A stretch of 64,000 nucleotides of DNA from Negaprion brevirostris (taxonomy: Eukaryota). Below are positions 61,976 to 64,000 of the stretch, one piece after another (position 1 is the first letter of the stretch; the number at the start of each line of letters is the position of its first letter). Position numbers and translations under genes: made by a program. The stretch covers positions 84,606,364 to 84,670,363 of the forward strand of contig JARDVH010000025.1 in the NCBI GenBank assembly GCA_030324005.1, read 5' to 3'. The notes under the pieces are model-generated. The model did not search any database, was not told the DNA's origin, and saw nothing but the letters and a program-made list of their open reading frames with translations.

Positions 61976-62127
61976 AGTAAAATTAGAAAGCGTTCATGGG
62001 TGTTGCATGAATGTGTGGAAAGAGTGCCTGAAAATGTTGATGCCGCCAGAGAACTGCTTCAATATGGATTGAAAGGAACTGACCTGGAGGCCCTTATAGC
62101 TATAGGAAAAAGGGAAGATGGAGGCAG
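61976..62127 (+). CDS. NBAS: NBAS coding exon 17 (152 nt)
   Basis: SKIRKRSWVLHECVERVPENVDAARELLQYGLKGTDLEALIAIGKREDGGR. Confidence 0.97.
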
Positions 62128-62406
62128 GTATGTCATCCATTTTGAGACATGTATGACTTCCCCACCCTCACAATATATTGTGTAGCAATGCCAGTAATGT
62201 AATGTTTTCCAGCATGGATGTTCTGAACTACTCATATGTTCTGAACTGCCATGTGTATTTGTTTAATTTCCCAGCAACAGCAGGGCAATAGTGTCTATTT
62301 CATTATTTTGCTTTTGATGTACTTCATAAGTTGGCAACTTAGGTGCAATTATTTCAACTTGAAAGTGAAAATTAAGGCAAGCCTATTGACCAGATACCCC
62401 TCCCAC

Positions 62407-62750
62407 TCAAAAACAGAAAATACTGGAAAATCTCAGCACGTCTGACAGCATCTCTGGAGAGAGAATCGAGCCAATGTTTTAAGCCTAGATGACCCTTCAT
62501 CAGAGCTACCATTTCCCTGCTGTTTCAGACTGTTCAGAATTATTCTCTCTTTCAATTTTTGTTTCATATTCTGCTTTGCTGGGACAAATTACTTTAGATT
62601 TACTGCATTTAATGCATGCAAAAACACAATGCTGCAGTTGCTAGAAATTTGAAATAAAAACAGCAAGTGCTGGAAATACTCAGCGAGTCAAGCAGCTCCT
62701 ATGGAGGGAGAAACAGAGTTGACATTTTAGCTCTTATAACTTCTTCAAAA
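62407..62750 (-). mobile_element. Two Penelope-type family B fragments (62407-62506 and 62625-62750)
   Basis: Minus strand CTGATGAAGGGTCATCTAGGCTTAAAACATT..TCTCTCTCCAGAGATGCTG. Confidence 0.7.
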
Positions 62751-63196
62751 CTGCACTTTCTGTTTTGTTACTGCATTTTATAAATATCCATGATATGCTT
62801 TTTTTGTAAACAGTTAGCGTGTGTCAGAAATTTGTTTTAACCAATAAAGAAGTTGTTTTGCACAAAGCAGCATGAAAATAACTTAAAAGATTCAGAGGCA
62901 TAATGTTTCAATGGTTCACTGCAATTATTTGAATTTTATGGTGATTGAAAATGTCATTGATATCTTTACAACACCTACAAAATCTGCTGAAGTTTACTGC
63001 AACCTCCGGAAAATGTAGGCCACTAGGGCAATAATTTTACGCAATGTAATAAAAGCCCTATTGAACAAACACATTAATCTTGTACCTTGCAGAATTGTTG
63101 CAGTTAATTACAGAAGCAGTGGGTTTATAATCATATATCTTACAACTTGAAGCAGCATATAGTCCTTTGCAGAATTATTTGCTTTCATTTTAACAG

Positions 63197-63334
63197 ATTC
63201 ATTTTACCTGGAGATGTGGACATTGACGAAATTCCGTACGACGATTACGTGTCACCGGTTGAAGAGATGCGGAGGAGAAAAGAGAAAGAGGCAGCAAGGA
63301 GACAGAGGCTACTCCAAATGGTGGATTTTTCCAC
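63197..63334 (+). CDS. NBAS: NBAS coding exon 18 (138 nt); gene continues beyond right edge
   Basis: FILPGDVDIDEIPYDDYVSPVEEMRRRKEKEAARRQRLLQMVDFS; GTGAGT donor. Confidence 0.95.
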
Positions 63335-63659
63335 GTGAGTAATAATAGTTACTTCACAGCCAACAATTATAAGCATAGCCACTGTGTGTTTCCAGAATGT
63401 TTAAGTACATATTATATACCATTTGCGACAACTTGTTACCTTAGGCTTGAATTTCATCAAGGCAGATAACGAAAGTCAGGAAATTTCCTGGCTTGGCACC
63501 CCAGCTTTGGGAGAAAGTACATTTTCATTCTGGGTCTTGGTGGGGCTACTAACTGAAGTTGGGCCTACTGTCTCTAGAAACAGCTGCAAGGGCTGCTGAG
63601 TGCGAAGGTGGGCTGCTTAAAAAAAAGTCACTTCCCTGTTGTTCTTGGATTTTGCCTCA

Positions 63660-63937
63660 GGTTGGCACAGTGGTTAGCTCCGCTGACTCAAAGCATCGGG
63701 GATTCAGGTTCGATTCCAGTCTTGGGTGATAGTGTGGAATTTGCACATTCTCCCCCCGCCATTTGTGTGGGTTTTCTCCAGGTCTTCCAGTTCCCATCCG
63801 CAGTCTAAAGATGTGCAGATTAGGTGGTTTGGCCGTGGTAAATGTGCAGAGGAGGGCCTGGGTGGGATGCTCTTTCAGAGAGCCAGAGTAGACTTGAATG
63901 GCCTCTTTCTGCACTGTAGGGATTCTATGGTTCTATG
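63660..63937 (+). mobile_element. Full-length HE1-like SINE (tail A)
   Basis: A-box TGGCACAGTGG, B-box GGTTCGATTCC, tail CTGCACTGTAGGGATTCTATGGTTCTATG. Confidence 0.88.
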
Positions 63938-64000
63938 ACAAAAAAAAGTTAAGACCCTCTAGCCCTCACGGCCCCAACATACGCTGTCAGTTAAGAATGT

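Noticed and set aside
739-63334. Minor-spliceosome (U12) or non-canonical introns; intronic snoRNAs
   Set aside because: All donors read are GT without the GTATCCTT signature, and I saw no convincing C/D or H/ACA box pair with a terminal stem. An Infernal/Rfam scan would be needed to exclude snoRNAs.
1-64000. CRISPR arrays, operons, prophage or defence systems
   Set aside because: The sequence is eukaryotic intron-exon DNA with no regularly spaced repeat-spacer array and no long intronless ORFs.

Overview
Vertebrate genomic DNA, very probably from a shark or other elasmobranch, judged from HE1/V-type tRNA SINEs and abundant CR1 LINEs. It is a draft assembly with many N gaps. Two conserved genes lie head-to-head on a CpG island at about 27.2-28.1 kb. 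DDX1 (DEAD-box helicase with SPRY insert) is on the minus strand: coding exons 1-20 run from 27599 to 739, giving 562 codons in an open frame, and the gene continues left of the window. NBAS (neuroblastoma amplified sequence, Sec39 homolog) is on the plus strand: coding exons 1-18 run from 27885 to 63334, and the gene continues right. All introns found are GT-AG, and only 285 bp separate the two start codons. Introns are filled with SINEs, CR1/L2/Rex1 LINE fragments, Harbinger- and pogo-type MITEs, and several Penelope-like insertions. I found no evidence of a wholly new biological system. The most notable signals are: (i) three families of Penelope-derived modules carrying decayed minimal hammerhead-ribozyme cores, several as fold-back insertions with 12-13 bp target-site duplications; (ii) the very compact bidirectional promoter with upstream ATGs in front of NBAS; (iii) a local duplication that preserves the empty site of a young CR1 insertion; (iv) one SINE head found with two different tails; (v) an undersized gap that fakes a frameshift in NBAS exon 12. 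Exon coordinates were read by hand. Repeat boundaries are approximate. Comparisons to human proteins and repeat families are from memory, not from a database search.
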